Shown: positions 4,470 through 4,968 of the stretch, one piece after another
Layout of the letters: each line of letters starts with the position of its first letter
How positions within the stretch are numbered: position 1 is the stretch's first letter
IMG/VR virus record: IMGVR_UViG_2541047436_000009
Length of the DNA stretch: 4,968 nucleotides
Direction: 5' to 3' (one strand)
Source of the DNA: a virus
Taxonomy: Duplodnaviria > Heunggongvirae > Uroviricota > Caudoviricetes
Program-made: the position numbers and the translations under genes
Notes under the pieces: generated by a model
What the model saw: only the letters and a program-made list of their open reading frames with translations
Told to the model about the DNA's origin: nothing
Databases searched by the model: none

Positions 4470-4968
4470 ATGGCTAATGCCTGGCTCAGATTGTGGCATG
4501 ACATGCCAAATGATCCCAAATGGCGAACCATTGCCAGGGTCTCAGGACAGCCAATCGCAACAGTGATGGCGGTGTATATCCACCTTCTGGTGAGTGCGTC
4601 ACGAAATGTCACGAAATGTCACGGCGAGTCACTACGTGGTCACATTGATGTCACGACGGAAGATTTAGCAAGTGCGCTTGATGTGACGGAAGACGTGATT
4701 GATTCAATTTTGCATGCAATGCAGGGGCGAGTTCTGGATGGCGATCTTATTTCCGGATGGGAAAAACGCCAGGTGATGAAGGAGGATAACGGTAATGTTT
4801 CGCAAACCGCAAAATCCCCGGCAGAGCGCAAGAGAGCGCAGCGGGAGCGGGAAAGACTGCGGGAGCAGAACACTGATTGTCACGATGAGTCACGACGCGT
4901 CACGCATATGTCACGACAAGTCACGACAGATACAGATACAGATAAAGAATTAAACCCCACACATAACG
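4470..4968 (+). CDS. ydaU: YdaU-like replication protein (DUF1376 family), N-terminal 166 codons; continues beyond the window end
   Basis: ATG at 4470 with GAGGT 4 nt upstream; the frame is open to the window edge (MANAWLRLWHDMPNDPKWRTIARVSGQPIATVMAVYIHLLVSASRNV...). It is absent from the ORF track because it has no in-window stop. Position after ydaT and the N-terminal WLRLWHDMPNDPKW motif fit Rac YdaU as I recall it. Confidence 0.8.
   Translation, partial: MANAWLRLWHDMPNDPKWRTIARVSGQPIATVMAVYIHLLVSASRNVTKCHGESLRGHIDVTTEDLASALDVTEDVIDSILHAMQGRVLDGDLISGWEKRQVMKEDNGNVSQTAKSPAERKRAQRERERLREQNTDCHDESRRVTHMSRQVTTDTDTDKELNPTHN
4598..4656 (+). repeat. Iteron array 1: six direct GTCAC(G) repeats at 10-11 bp intervals, inside ydaU
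   Basis: GTCAC begins at 4598, 4608, 4618, 4628, 4639 and 4650 (GTCACGAAAT GTCACGAAAT GTCACGGCGA GTCACTACGTG GTCACATTGAT GTCACGACGG), seen directly. The period is not a multiple of 3, so the repeat is a DNA-level feature, not a peptide repeat. Confidence 0.65.
4879..4943 (+). repeat. Iteron array 2: five direct GTCACG repeats at 10-11 bp intervals, followed by 3 x ACAGAT tandem hexamers
   Basis: GTCAC begins at 4879, 4889, 4899, 4910 and 4920; ACAGAT x3 at 4926..4943. Seen directly, inside the ydaU coding sequence about 220 bp downstream of array 1. Confidence 0.65.

Noticed and set aside
4412-4873. Two minus-strand ORFs (66 aa and 77 aa)
   Set aside because: Antisense to the open ydaU frame; the second is generated by the iteron repeats read on the opposite strand.
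4598-4927. Repeat arrays considered as a possible CRISPR array
   Set aside because: The repeat unit is only 5-7 bp with a 10-11 bp period and no unique spacers of CRISPR size, and it lies inside a coding sequence; iterons are the appropriate interpretation.

Overview
This window is the immunity and early-regulatory region of a lambdoid (Rac/Qin-like) enterobacterial prophage; nothing in it is clearly an undescribed system, but several features merit follow-up. All identifications come from reading the sequence and from memory of protein and RNA families; no database search or folding was possible. Centre: a divergent repressor module, racR on the minus strand and ydaS-ydaT on the plus strand, separated by three TAGGC-N3-GCCTA operator palindromes and a near-consensus rightward promoter. 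A second operator set and a consensus leftward promoter lie just beyond the racR 3' end. Right end: the 5' part of the replication gene ydaU, which carries two arrays of helically phased GTCAC(G) iterons (candidate phage origin). Left of racR: a leftward operon of small genes (YdfA/YdaF-like, YdfB/YdaG-like, a 129-codon gene with a probable -1 frameshift at A7 tracts), then an oppositely oriented AT-rich zinc-ribbon ORF, a structured noncoding stretch, a DicF sRNA homolog, a dicB-like division inhibitor, a ydfD-like small membrane protein, and the start of a long ORF that runs off the window. The most follow-up-worthy items are the iteron arrays inside ydaU, the frameshift-split gene, the opposite-strand zinc-ribbon ORF and the operator architecture.
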